DNA of 64,000 bases from Bugula neritina (Eukaryota > Animalia > Bryozoa): contig OZ037765.1 of assembly GCA_964035545.1 (NCBI GenBank), positions 2,542,001-2,606,000 of the forward strand, read 5' to 3'. A program made the position numbers and the translations under genes. The first letter of the stretch is position 1, and each line of letters starts with the position of its first letter. The notes beneath the pieces are model-generated. The model did no database searches and was not told the DNA's origin. It worked only from the letters and a program-made list of their open reading frames with translations. Below are positions 31,964-44,300 of this stretch, in pieces.

Positions 31964-32112
31964 ATGAGTTTACCGTGCATCATAGTTCCTGAGTCACAGA
32001 ACTCAAAGAGTAACTCAACTATTTATCTCCAAGCTAGACTCTCTTGTCCAGCATTCAACTCATTGTCATCATTACACATTCGAGCCGCTCACCGTAGATA
32101 TCCATCGTTAAA
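31964..32112 (+). CDS. PDE4: PDE4 candidate alternative N-terminal exon E (MSLPCIIVPESQNSKSNSTIYLQARLSCPAFNSLSSLHIRAAHRRYPSL)
   Basis: 149 nt open frame, donor aaa|gtaagt in phase 2. Confidence 0.52.
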
Positions 32113-35012
32113 GTAAGTGAGATGTTGCATCATATCATGTCTCATTAGTTTATAACATAAATAATACAAATCTATCTTTTTATTCATAAAATATCCAGTA
32201 GCTTTGAGCAATGAATATTGAGTCACATGTCTGCTACAAATTTATAGTTATGTCATCATTTTGATTTCAGTTTTACAATTTCAGAGAACATTTCTATATT
32301 CATAGCATTAAGAAGATTGTTTTGGTTTAAATAGAGTAAATGTACATGGATCTGTATCCACACATTTATCATTTCCATCAAGTTTTGTGGCTATAACCAC
32401 TGAATACTCCTGTCAGTGGATCTGCAGAAGGTAACAAACCGAATTGTATCGGCATTTTGACGTATGTCAGGTGTGAGAATAATTACTTTTTTGAACATCT
32501 ACAGTTTAGTCACCAGACCACCATAATATGAGTTGACGTGCTTGAAATGTAAGAATAATGCTGGTATAGGCTTGCATGTTATGTACTATGCACTATGCTA
32601 TTCTATAGCACAGCCATGTATTTAGCATACCCTCTGGTGTTCCAGGTTTATATTTGAGTATACAGTTCTCATTGGTTTAATTATGCTAAGGTATTATGTG
32701 GCACACTCTATCTATATACTCATCTATATATAGTAATTAAGGAGACTGTGTTTTATTCTTTCTACACTCGTAATAACTGAACTTTAGCTTTAGCTATCCA
32801 GTTTCCCTCAAAGCTTCTATTACAATGCCTCATCAAGTGTCAATGTGAAGCAATTTCTTTTGGTTTGATTAGGTTTCGAAGAAAGGATGGATTTTCAACT
32901 GACAATTGAACGTATTTTACATTTTAATGGATGATTGAATGAGGTTTTGGGATAAGCTACCAGTTTCGCGGTGTTTAAACACGCAATTTAACAAATAGAA
33001 TTGGACAATTTGTGCCACACGTCATTATCAATGCGGGTAGCTTCATATAAAATCAGTTGCGGTCTAATGTAACTGCACTGTGAAATGCAATACACTTTTG
33101 CTGCATGGGCAGACAGCAGATTTTACAAAATAGGTTAAGATGTTAGGAAGAGCATACAATTGAACTTTTTCTTGTACTGCTTGCAAGTCTTAAAGTCATG
33201 TTACCAGCATAGTTTGAGACATAGGAAATTCACTGTTTGCCTAGAACCTTAACCATTGTTGACTATCACCAAACGCAAGTACAAGTATTTAACCTGGGCA
33301 GCAGTACATGTACACATTCACTTAATATGATATTACACTTCATAAAGTCCTCCAACAGTTAAGATTTTTGCTAATGACAAAAATACTTGACTATTTAAAT
33401 ATATTGTTCAAAAATAGCTATTAACTAAATATCAAGTAAAACTAAGCTTAGTTCGTTACATTATGAAGTTGTCATTGTTTAATTTTTTATAATTATAACT
33501 GATTTTACTAATTATTTAGCAATGATTATAACTATTAGCGTTTTCGAGCACATACTTGATGATAAAAATTTTTCGATATAAAAATTATTTATATAAATTA
33601 GCTCTCTAATAAAATATATAATCAGTAATTTTTACCTAAACATTGATTAAAATAATTAAAGTTATAGTTGGGCTGCTGGCCAATCAGTAAAACTAACTAT
33701 ATTATTTATTTAAACTCTGAACATTACTGTCATCACCAAAGTGGCATTTAATTATTATATAATAATGATTGCTGATTGTTCCTTCATTATCCAAAAACTT
33801 GTTCAATGATAATTAACAGACAAAATTCTAAGTTGTAAAAGGTTTCTCCAAAATTAATGAACTTGCATTAAATTTTGCTAGAAATGACAGTTAACTAGTA
33901 ATATATTTATATTGTCTTTTTAGCTGACTAATTTCTATTTTTTTTTCAAGTTTTGTGTTGAAGTATATTCTCATTTTCCTGTAGTTTTCTTTTATTTCAT
34001 TTAAGACTTTCTCATACATAAATATTCATGCTATATCAATAGTGTGGTTATTCATTCAACAGCAGAAACTGTCCACCCTTAGTTAGACTAGCTCCATGAC
34101 TCTACCAGAGTTTAACAAGGGTGGGTTAGAGTAGCTCCCTTACTTTACCACGGAATTAACATGGATGATCACATTTCCCATCTCCTTATAGAAAGGCAAC
34201 TAATTACATAATGTGCATTCTCGAATAACAACCTATTTTATGCTAATTCACACAAATATGTTGTAAAAAATACAGGATACTAGAATCTGACTGTTTATCT
34301 GTCACCACGGTAACAGAAACAGGATGCATGTGTTAACATCTCATGTTATTTTTTGTTGAAATGAATTAAAAAAATTAAAAAGCAATTTTTTTGCTGACTA
34401 AGTTATGAAGATATGATTGGAATTTTAACTATGAACTTGAAATTGCAGTAAATTACCAAAACAAAATTTCTACTAAAATTAAAGGGAAAATGGTTGGAAT
34501 AATATGGATAAAACCTCACACACAGGCTGCAAGCTGTGATAATACTAAAAGGTATGATGAGTGCAAATGTTAATATGAACGGTTTATATCAAACCTATAC
34601 CTATATGTAAAAGAAAACTAACATTTTAGTACATTACAATAGTATTGTTTCACAGCTATAACATGCACTTGTAATTTACTTATCATGAAGATTAGAGTGT
34701 GTGGGGCTCATGGATTTTATTAATGTAATTATTAATTACTTTATAATATTATATTGTTTATGATGATTAACAATGTATGTCTAGCAGTAAGAAGAATGAA
34801 CTAGTAGCTGTATTAGCCACCCTCTGGGATGTTATATTAGTTACTATACATATATTTACTGAGCAGCTGGGTTTAGAGCATTGTGCCGGGCTATATTTAT
34901 ATGTAGTGGTTATAGAATACAATACCAACTTTGTTGGGCTATATTTCACCTTCAAACCTGGAAGTGCTCAACCCACTGACACTTCTAAGTTTACTAGAAT
35001 AACCTTTATACT

Positions 35013-35452
35013 ACAGTATATAGTATAGAGTACCATAGTATACAGTATTTAGTGTAGAGTGCCATAGTATACAGTATTTAGTACACAGTGCCATAGTATA
35101 CAGTATTTAATACACAGTGCCATAGTATACAGTGTATAGTATAGAGTACCATAGTATACAGTATATAGTATAGAGTGCCATAGTATACAGTATTTAGTGT
35201 AGAGTGCCATAGTATACAGTATTTAGTACACAGTGCCATAGTATACAGTATTTAATACACAGTGCCATAGTATACAGCGTATAGTATACATTACATAGTA
35301 TACAGTGTATAGTACACAGTGCCATAGTACACAGTACATAGTACACAGTGCCATAGTACACAGTACCCTAGTATACAGTGTATAGGATATAGTACATAGT
35401 ACACAGTACATAGTATACAGTGCCATAGTACACAGTGCCCTAGTATACAGTA
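35013..35452. repeat. Compound minisatellite built from 11-bp subunits (catagtatacagt-like)
   Basis: Many tagta(t/c)acagt units over ~440 bp. Confidence 0.9.
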
Positions 35453-35880
35453 TATTCAGAGCTCATATAGACTGGATATACTGTTATAAGAAACTTCATG
35501 CTCTCTTAACTTGCAGACTGAAATTTATGACCCATCAAAACAATTTCTCTTTGCAAACTCAATAACATTGTGCATCAAAGTTCCCCAGGGGCCGTGCTGA
35601 AATTAGAACTTAAACTCTTACTAACATTTTAATAGGCATATATATCATGCTGAGAAATTGATTTCAATAAATAGTTGTTTTGAATCAACTGTGGTTATAA
35701 TTTTAGTTTGACTGTTTAATTATATAGACTAGTGACTAGCTAGTAGATATGGCCCATGTGAATAATCTAACATCATGATATCTACATATAGTCAGTCACG
35801 TTTGTTGAAATTCTCCATCTGGGATTAGCAAGAGCTTTTTAAGTAGGCTGAGAATTGGGCACGCTATAGCATTGGAGAAA

Positions 35881-35957
35881 TGGATGCCCTTTAGATGACC
35901 TTGCTGGGATTCGAACCCACGACTCCGAACTTCCTAGACTAGTGCTCTAACCACTAA
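35881..35957 (-). mobile_element. tRNA-derived SINE head / tRNA pseudogene fragment
   Basis: Minus strand tagtggttagagc (A-box-like) ... gtgggttcgaatccca (B box / T arm), followed by ...aagggcatcca; acceptor and anticodon stems do not pair. Confidence 0.6.
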
Positions 35958-38322
35958 TCAATTAATGGCTGTTTCCTTGAATTCTGAATAAATTCTCTGC
36001 GAAAAAAGTTAGCTATCTTTTCACCTTTATACCTTCAATAACAAAGTTACTGACGCAAATAATATACAGGATCAGCATGAAAAAAATACCTGCTAAAATC
36101 TTGAAAGAGTTTCTAGTAGGTATTTGAGTTTGATTTCAATGAAGATGAATCAAGCATGCGTAGATGCTTATCATCAATAAGTGCAAAGTCGAGATATCAA
36201 GTGCTTGCATGTGCTCTACAGAGAAAGTTAACTCGAAGTAGATAATGTTTTGAGTTTCACTTCAAAGCCTGATGGACTATGGCTTGTATTTCTTTTGAAC
36301 ACTGCACAGCACTTGCACACATATTCAAATTGATCTATCAATAGAATTTATTACTCAGTGCAAATATTTATTGTAAGTAGAATTTAGAGTTGAGGTACTG
36401 CTGTAGTATTTAAAATAAGATTTAATGTATATTATGTGCATCTAGTTTTCTTGAAACATACAACTTTCTTTGGTAAAATCTAGTTTCTAGCAATATATTT
36501 AAAATAAATTCTATTTGAAAAAAAACTAAAATTAAAATAAAGTCAACATTGAATATTCAAATCTAACACTGAGGATTTAAGTGCATGCGAAAGACATTTA
36601 AAATGATATTAGGATATAGTATTATAACATAAGTGTCAGTTCCATGTTACAATGCATTACGTAATCATAGTAAATGCAAATCAATTTACAGAAGCATTTA
36701 CTTGTTTTAAAATCTGCAATTATTAGCAAACTTTGCGAACTTTGGCATTTAAATCAACTTATTTGACACTTATCTAGTTTGAGCTGTCTTTGTGAATTAT
36801 ATTGATTAAAATGAAATATATTCTAAAACAATTATTTCTTGCAATGTTATGATAAAGTCATTCACATCTTACTGCAGTAGTCAATAAATACATATGAGCC
36901 ACCACACTGTCTTAAACATGATGGAAAGTTGACCATATTTAATACAATACTATGAAAGTAATTTATGCTAATAGACAAAAATGCATGCACATATAAAGCC
37001 CACTAGGCCAGCACCATACGATACATTGTATATGTAATTTTATACCCTTATGTTTATGACATTTAATAATGTATGGTGTCACTCATTTATAGCTACGTAC
37101 GTATCTGAATAGTCATGTTATACTACATGCTAATATTCTGAAAGCAACAATCACGAACACCTGTGCTTGGATGACAGCTACATTTTGCTTGTTTTAGTGC
37201 TTTTACAATGTTTTAATGTGAAATATTGTCATTTTGATGGCTTTGGACTTATTAGACATAATTCACAATTTTGTGATATAAATAAGTTTGAGTTATTTAA
37301 GATGGAAAATTTATTTGCTGCTGAATAGATGACAAATTATAGACAAGGTGATCATAAATTTATGTTTTTGCTAGTAATTATATTTGTTAAAGATTAAAAT
37401 AGGTTCATAGATATCAATATAACAGAAATTATAAAGAATAGTTCAAGTTTACCCAAAACTTTAGGGGACTACATGGGACTACTAGTTTTTCAAAAATATT
37501 AATATATTTTAGATTTTATATCTATTTCTTTATAAAAAAGCATAAATTTATAGTGTATAATGAAACTTATTATGTAGCAGAATTATTTCAAAAATTAAAT
37601 ATAATATATGTAATAATGAATTAAAATAGGTTTTTCACAAACCAAAATTGCAATTTAATAGATATTGGGTTTTATCATCGGTAATATAATAGTGTAGCTT
37701 AGAAAGAAATTGTTAGATTAATGCTGACTGGCTGTATAAATAGTTTACAAACATTATATACTGGTCAGTTGTGCATAGAAAATATAGATAAGCCAGTGAT
37801 GAGTGTGCTTAAAGCTTCATTGTGGGTTAATAGCTTTTTATATAAACAAACAAACTTATGTAACATGGTTACAGAGTACAGAGAATGTTCAAACAATATT
37901 ATTTACTACAAGTAAAAATAGATACTAAAATTATAATCCATTGATCAAATATCAAAAATTGCTTGTTTTAAAACTTTCTGGCTAGCAAATTTTAGAGCAA
38001 GCAATTGGTCACACGTCTTCAAATTTGCTAATACTTTTAGAGTGTCAAATTACTGTTCTCAATTTTTTTCTGCTAAACTGAGTGTAAAATGTAGATATTC
38101 GTAAATAGGTTCATTAAACCATCAAAAGCTTTTCTTATAAAAATATGGCCCTTGTTAAATAAGATTTTTTCTAGCCTAAAAGAAGCAGCAAAAGTACTAA
38201 TTTTACACATAAACTATTTATTTCAAAACAAACTTAAATAAAACCGTAATACTTATGCTACTGGAGAACTCAAATCAATCTTGAAAGGCATTTTGGCTAA
38301 TTGTGCTCTTATTTCTTTTTAG

Positions 38323-41300
38323 TTTTGATGGAGATGATCGAGGATACGCAGACGGTGTTAGTCCGGTTTCTAGCCTCTACCTCAGTAATATGGGGCAGCG
38401 GAGAGAGTCCTTCCTTTACCGATCGGATAGCGAATTTGATTTGTCAACCAAATCAATATCAAGACACTCTTCTTTAGCCAGTGACAGCATGTAAGTCTAC
38501 ATTACACAGTTAGTTTATCTATGCAAAACTTAGATAGAATAGATACTTTATTTATAGCCTTAGATCAATGCCACAATTCACATAACTAATTAAAATTGTA
38601 ATAAAAATCCTGTTAAATATTTTATGAATCTCAGTCTAAAATCTGAGAGACAGATAAAAACTGGGTTGCATGATACCTTTCTCTATCTCCCATGAACAAT
38701 TATTGCTTTTATCGTATTGATTTTGTTTTGACTGCTACAAGTTATTATTTACAAGTCATCAACGTGCTTAAAAGTTTCTTTGCAACGTAAAAGCCATAGT
38801 TTAATTCTAAAACTTGAGTTGGAAACACATATATTTTAAAATGGATGTATATGAAAGCCCCAATCTTCTTTCTTCTCTCAAATTAGAACCCCACCTAATT
38901 ACTGTTAAAATGTTTACTTTCTCTAATACTTACACCTTCTCTTATTGTTTCCAAAACTCATCCTCTCGTACAAAAGGTGTAATGCTGTGTTTTGGTGTCT
39001 ATTCAGTGACCCAACCACGTTGTACAAACTACAGAAAGTCAGCCAGTATACACCTAGGTACGTCTCTAACTAAACCGTATGGTCAGTTCAACCCTGCCTG
39101 CCAGCCACCTCTGCAAATCCTCTGCTTGTAAGGCTTACCAAAAGAGTTATGGTCAAATAAACTCTTCAACCTTAAAATTTGTTATCAACACCAAGTTGGC
39201 CAACTGCTCTGTGTTTTGGTGAATTGTACAATCTGTATGGTGGCCTTGGCCGCTTGGCTTGTCAGTTGACCAAAATATCTAGGTGATCGCAACTTAGGTT
39301 GTCTCAACATGGGTGGTAACAGTTTCAGTGGTTTCAATTTGGGTGGTCTCAACTTGGGTGGTCACAGTTTCGGTGGTTTCAATTTGGGTGGTCTCAACTT
39401 GGGTGGTCACAGTTTCGGTGGTTTCAATTTGGGTGGTCTCAACTTGGGTGGTCACAGTTTCGGTGGTTTCAATTTGGGTGGTCTCAACTTGGGTGGTCAC
39501 AGTTTCGGAGGTTTCAATTTAGGTGATTTCAACCTGAGTGGTCGCCGATCAGGTTGGTCACAACTCGGGTGCCCTCAATTTAAGCAGTATCAACGTAGGT
39601 GGCTGGGTGGAGGCAGCAGAATGTACTGACCATGCTACACTCACCCTCATTTATACTCAACCAGCCTTTGCCTGTCTGCTTGCCTGCTCTTATATGTCTT
39701 TTATTTTAAAGCTAAACCCACAAAGTTTGTTTTGTCTCATTTATATATGTTGATGGATGTCATACATATTATATTGTTCACTTTACATGTACCCCAGTTT
39801 ATTGGATGCAGTTGCCTGCAGTATCAAGTATAAATGGTAGCAATTGTAAAAAACTCTAAAAAGTTGTACAAAATAGCACTATTTACCCAAAAAAATCAAA
39901 CGCTTAATCATAATAATTAAACTAATAAGTAAGCAAGAATTTAGTAGTTATCTACTCATTATTAGGCATCGATAAACAAAACAGTATCGCTGCGTAAAAA
40001 ATATTTTAAACTAAAATATGAATGGACTGCAGAATGCTATTTAATTCAATAGAACACACCCCCCCCTCCCCCCCCCCAAGTGTCCCAATAAAAACATAAT
40101 TCCCCTAGATAGACTAAGCGCTTTTGTAAAGGTATTATTGGAGTTGTCCTTTCAAACTGAAAAATTATGTTTCTTAAGACTTGTTTCCTCTCCTTAAGAA
40201 TTAAATATAAGGAAATCAGATATATGTTCACATTACAATAGGTTAATGAATTTTGCGTTGCAAATATTGTTTGAGATATACCAAATCATCTTTAAAACCT
40301 AAAAGATTAATTTCATTTGTTGGTGAAAAGTCTTTTACCATATTATAATATAGAAATTAATATTAAGCCAAACATGAAAAATGTATAATTAACCAATCAG
40401 CAAAGACGTAACATACTTCACTACATTGTAGTGATCCACCAGTACACAGGTAAACATGTGAAATGTTGTCAGTTAGAGTACAATTAGTGCTGTACCAGTC
40501 ACCTCTGTTAGTGGTAGTTATGAAGCTCTCGTATAGAGAAATTATCTTCTGGAATTTTGTTGAAAAAAGAGTTTAATATTTTGTTGACTTTACTTCCACA
40601 TTACTGTTTATAGAGAATAAATTATGGTGGTATTTTACTAACAAACCTAATATAAATCTTAACATGTAGTGATGCCAAAATGTAGATATAAATAGTATAT
40701 CAATTTATAACAAAAATTTCTTAGAACTTGTAGATTTAAGACAAAATAGCAATAAAAAATAGAGATATAGTATATTTTGCAATAAATTTATTGGTAAAGC
40801 AGAACTTAGGTAATTAAAGTAACTTATACTGATTTAGCAAAGTATAAATGCCTTTGTTTAAGTTTCAGTTCTTTACTTCATGATTAAACTAAGAGATTAC
40901 AAAGTGAAACACTTGGATTGTAGTCTGAGTTTTAGTTTTTTAAACTCATGCAAAAAATATTTTAAAAAGCTGCCTTTTTCTAATGCTGAAGATTGCTCAT
41001 TGATCATCGACTATTAAAACTTATAAACTCACTGGTGCATTTCAAGATATAAAGTTTAAATCAAATTACAGGCACTATAAAAATGGCATAATTTTATAGG
41101 CATGGTTGCTGCTGTATATACGTATATTTATGCATACTTTGAGATTTGAATTAAAAGAAGCTATTAACAAGATACAAAACTCACTTTATTTTGTAATCAA
41201 AAAGGAGAAGCTGCTTGAATTCTAAGCAAATACACATGATTACTTTACATCTCATGAGCAGGCAGTCTTGTTAATTGGTTTGAACAATGGCATATAACAT

Positions 41301-44300
41301 AGAGAGTGAATGGCCAGTCAAGTTGTATTGATTACAATATAGCTAAGCCTTTCAAATAATACATCGAATGACGTAGTTGGTATTTCTATTATAGTAAATA
41401 TACAAGCCGTACACGGGACTGTGTATTTAGTATTGACAGCAGCATATTATAACTAAACCAGTCATACTTTGCGTTCACTCCGAGGTTAGAGAGAGTAGGT
41501 GCTGCATATCACTCTAAGATACAAAAAGTAAAGTTTTACTGTCCTAGTTAGTTGGGGGGCCGATGGCTGTCGCTACTGGGCCTCACTCTCAATTTCATCG
41601 CCGCCACACAATTGGATCTCGAAACAATTTAGGATTACAATCAAAATCTTCGATGGAAACCGGCGAACAGAGGGGTGTAAAACGGTCAGCAACACCTGTG
41701 AAGCAATTTCCTAGGTCTTCCTTTATTAGCGGCCATAACCTAGACGAGTATGAGCATGACCTGCAGGGTTTTCTGGGGTAAGTATCATACCTACAGGTAA
41801 CTTACCTGACTGTTTGATGGCAGGTAAGGTAAGACTGTGATCATTTTTAAATTGACCTCGGGTCATTCACACAAAGCTGAACTCACGCCCCAAGCTAATT
41901 GCTGACTTAGTTATGGATCTAAAGCTATTTTTATTTGAAGAGATGCTACCAAAGTGAGTCATACAAGTATTGAACTCTTCGACCGCTGTTTCAGATTTGA
42001 GTATTAAATAGTTATCTTTTAAGATTTCATTTTATTCAATGAGAAATTGTTGTAAAACAATATTTGTAAATTATCTAATAGATTTAGCGTTCCCAATTGG
42101 CCAAAATGACTTAAAGCAAGTATTGATATGACTGTAGAACTGCTAAAGTGGCAGATAAACTGTGTGGAGAGATCTACAGTTTTTTTGTGGCTGGTGAATG
42201 AAACGAAACAAGTTTTTTCTGCATGAAAATGTCAAAATTTTTAAGCTACTTGTAAAAACCTAGTAAAGCTGTGACTATTTATTAATTAAAGTAAACCAGT
42301 TTTCTCTCAGTGAAATAATCTAAAAGCATGAAGTCCTGGAGAGGCCATGATAATCCATTTGCATCTGGCACTTGACATTCTAATTATGCAGGCACTGAAT
42401 ACCGCAGCATGATGAGAAAGTACTAGCATATAGAGTTATATACATTATAATACACCCAGTCCCACTCACAGCAACATGCTATATACTGACGTCAATTCCC
42501 TGCTCTGGGCAGATGGTATCTAACATATTAGCAACTGTTATAGCTCCAGTACTTAGGCTATATGCCAGCCTGCAACATATACATAGCCTATCTTTGCTGA
42601 GAAGTTTACATAATTGTAGTACACAGGCTAAGTATGTGTAAATATGCTTAGCCACAGTTACAAAAACTACAACCACTAATTACAAAGGGTGCTGGGTTAG
42701 TAATTAACCATAAATTACGTCACTCAATGGCTATTTTTCATGATCTAAATCATGTAGTAATATAATATAATGTAGTAATATATTGTAGTAATATAATATA
42801 GGAATATATTGTAGTAATATAATATGGAAATATAATGAAGTAATATATTGTAGTAACATAATGTAGTATAATATAATATAATATAGTATTATAATTCAGT
42901 AGTTTAATGTAGTAATATAATATAGTAATATACTGTAGCAATACAATGTAGTAATACAATATAGTAATATACTGTAGTAATATAATGTAGGAATATAATA
43001 GTAATATGATGTGGACTGTAGTTGGGTGAGTTTAACAGAAACCTTAGTAAACTTTGCAGGATTGGTTACCGCAATAAAATAGCACCAATATACCCTAATT
43101 GAAAAGGAAGTTCCATCAATATAGTAAGGCACACTTACCATGACTTGTATGGAAGTGGGTTGTAAAACTCATTTATACCACACCATAACAATGTGATAGC
43201 AAAATGGAAAATTGATTTGATGCAACTGAAACAAAGAGTAGTTCTAATTTAGTAAAATCAACCTTTTCTCTATTGATATATTATTGAAACCCAAACCAGT
43301 GTAAAAGTGTACATATATTATATTGTTAACAATAAGTTTTTACTGATTACCAATACTATATTTACTAGTACTAGTTACTAAAGTACAAATAGATAGTACC
43401 AGTAACCAGTACTAGTCACTAATACTAGCAACTAGGAACTAATACATATAATAATCATTGACTTTCTAAAACTTTAACAACTTGTTAACAACTTTTAAAA
43501 AAAATTATTGTAATTTTAAAGAATAATGCAGTACCTAAAAGAGAGGGTTCTGGTTATCCAATGCCAGTTATCACAATGACTCCACTGCTATTTTATTATA
43601 TAGTTGCTAACTCTCAATAACAATATTTCTTGCATTTCATAATTACTGCACAAGTAGAAGTTGAGAATTTTCTAACCTAACCTGCTTACCCAATGCCTAG
43701 CAGTCAATGCGCTTACTTGCTGGTGGTGATATCTTTGTAGTTGCCCCCACCTGTCTAGCACCCAGTGACAGCTGTATAACATGCATTGCTAATTTTAATT
43801 CAAAGTTGCTTTACAAAGTATTTCATGAAGGCTGCAAAAACTAAATGCTTACAAATGTACATATTTTATATAAAAAGCTGTTTTTTTCAATGAGTCAGTA
43901 GCATTGAAATGGCTTTAATTTTTCTACTGAATGTCTAGCAAAAAAATGTGTGTAAATTTATGCTGAAAATGTCTGTATTGTTTGAGAAAACTTCTCTAAT
44001 TGAAACCTGTTGCTCCAGTTGTTTGTCCCACCAACTCTTGAGTCTCATATTTGTTTATTTATTAATATAAGCTCGTTGGTCCAAAATGCTAAAATTTTGA
44101 AGTCATGGGCGTAGAATTCGTATATTAATGCAAGGTAATGGAACTGTTAAACTCAAGTAGGCTTTCCAGGTTTTATAGTATTATGCAAGGCATGTTGGTT
44201 TGTACAGGATGTAGTAAGGTTCTATAAAGTATACAGGAAATGTTGTAAGATAAGACAACTTCTATTTTGTAGACACGAAGATGTGATAGTCACTCCATTC

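Noticed and set aside
35881-35957. Possible functional tRNA gene
   Set aside because: No acceptor stem and an unpaired anticodon stem; treated as a SINE head or pseudogene.
39294-39629. Gly-rich (GGFNLGG) and Thr-rich (TTQVETT) ORFs resembling FG-nucleoporin or mucin
   Set aside because: A 15-bp repeat is open in several frames by construction, and no fitting splice sites were seen.
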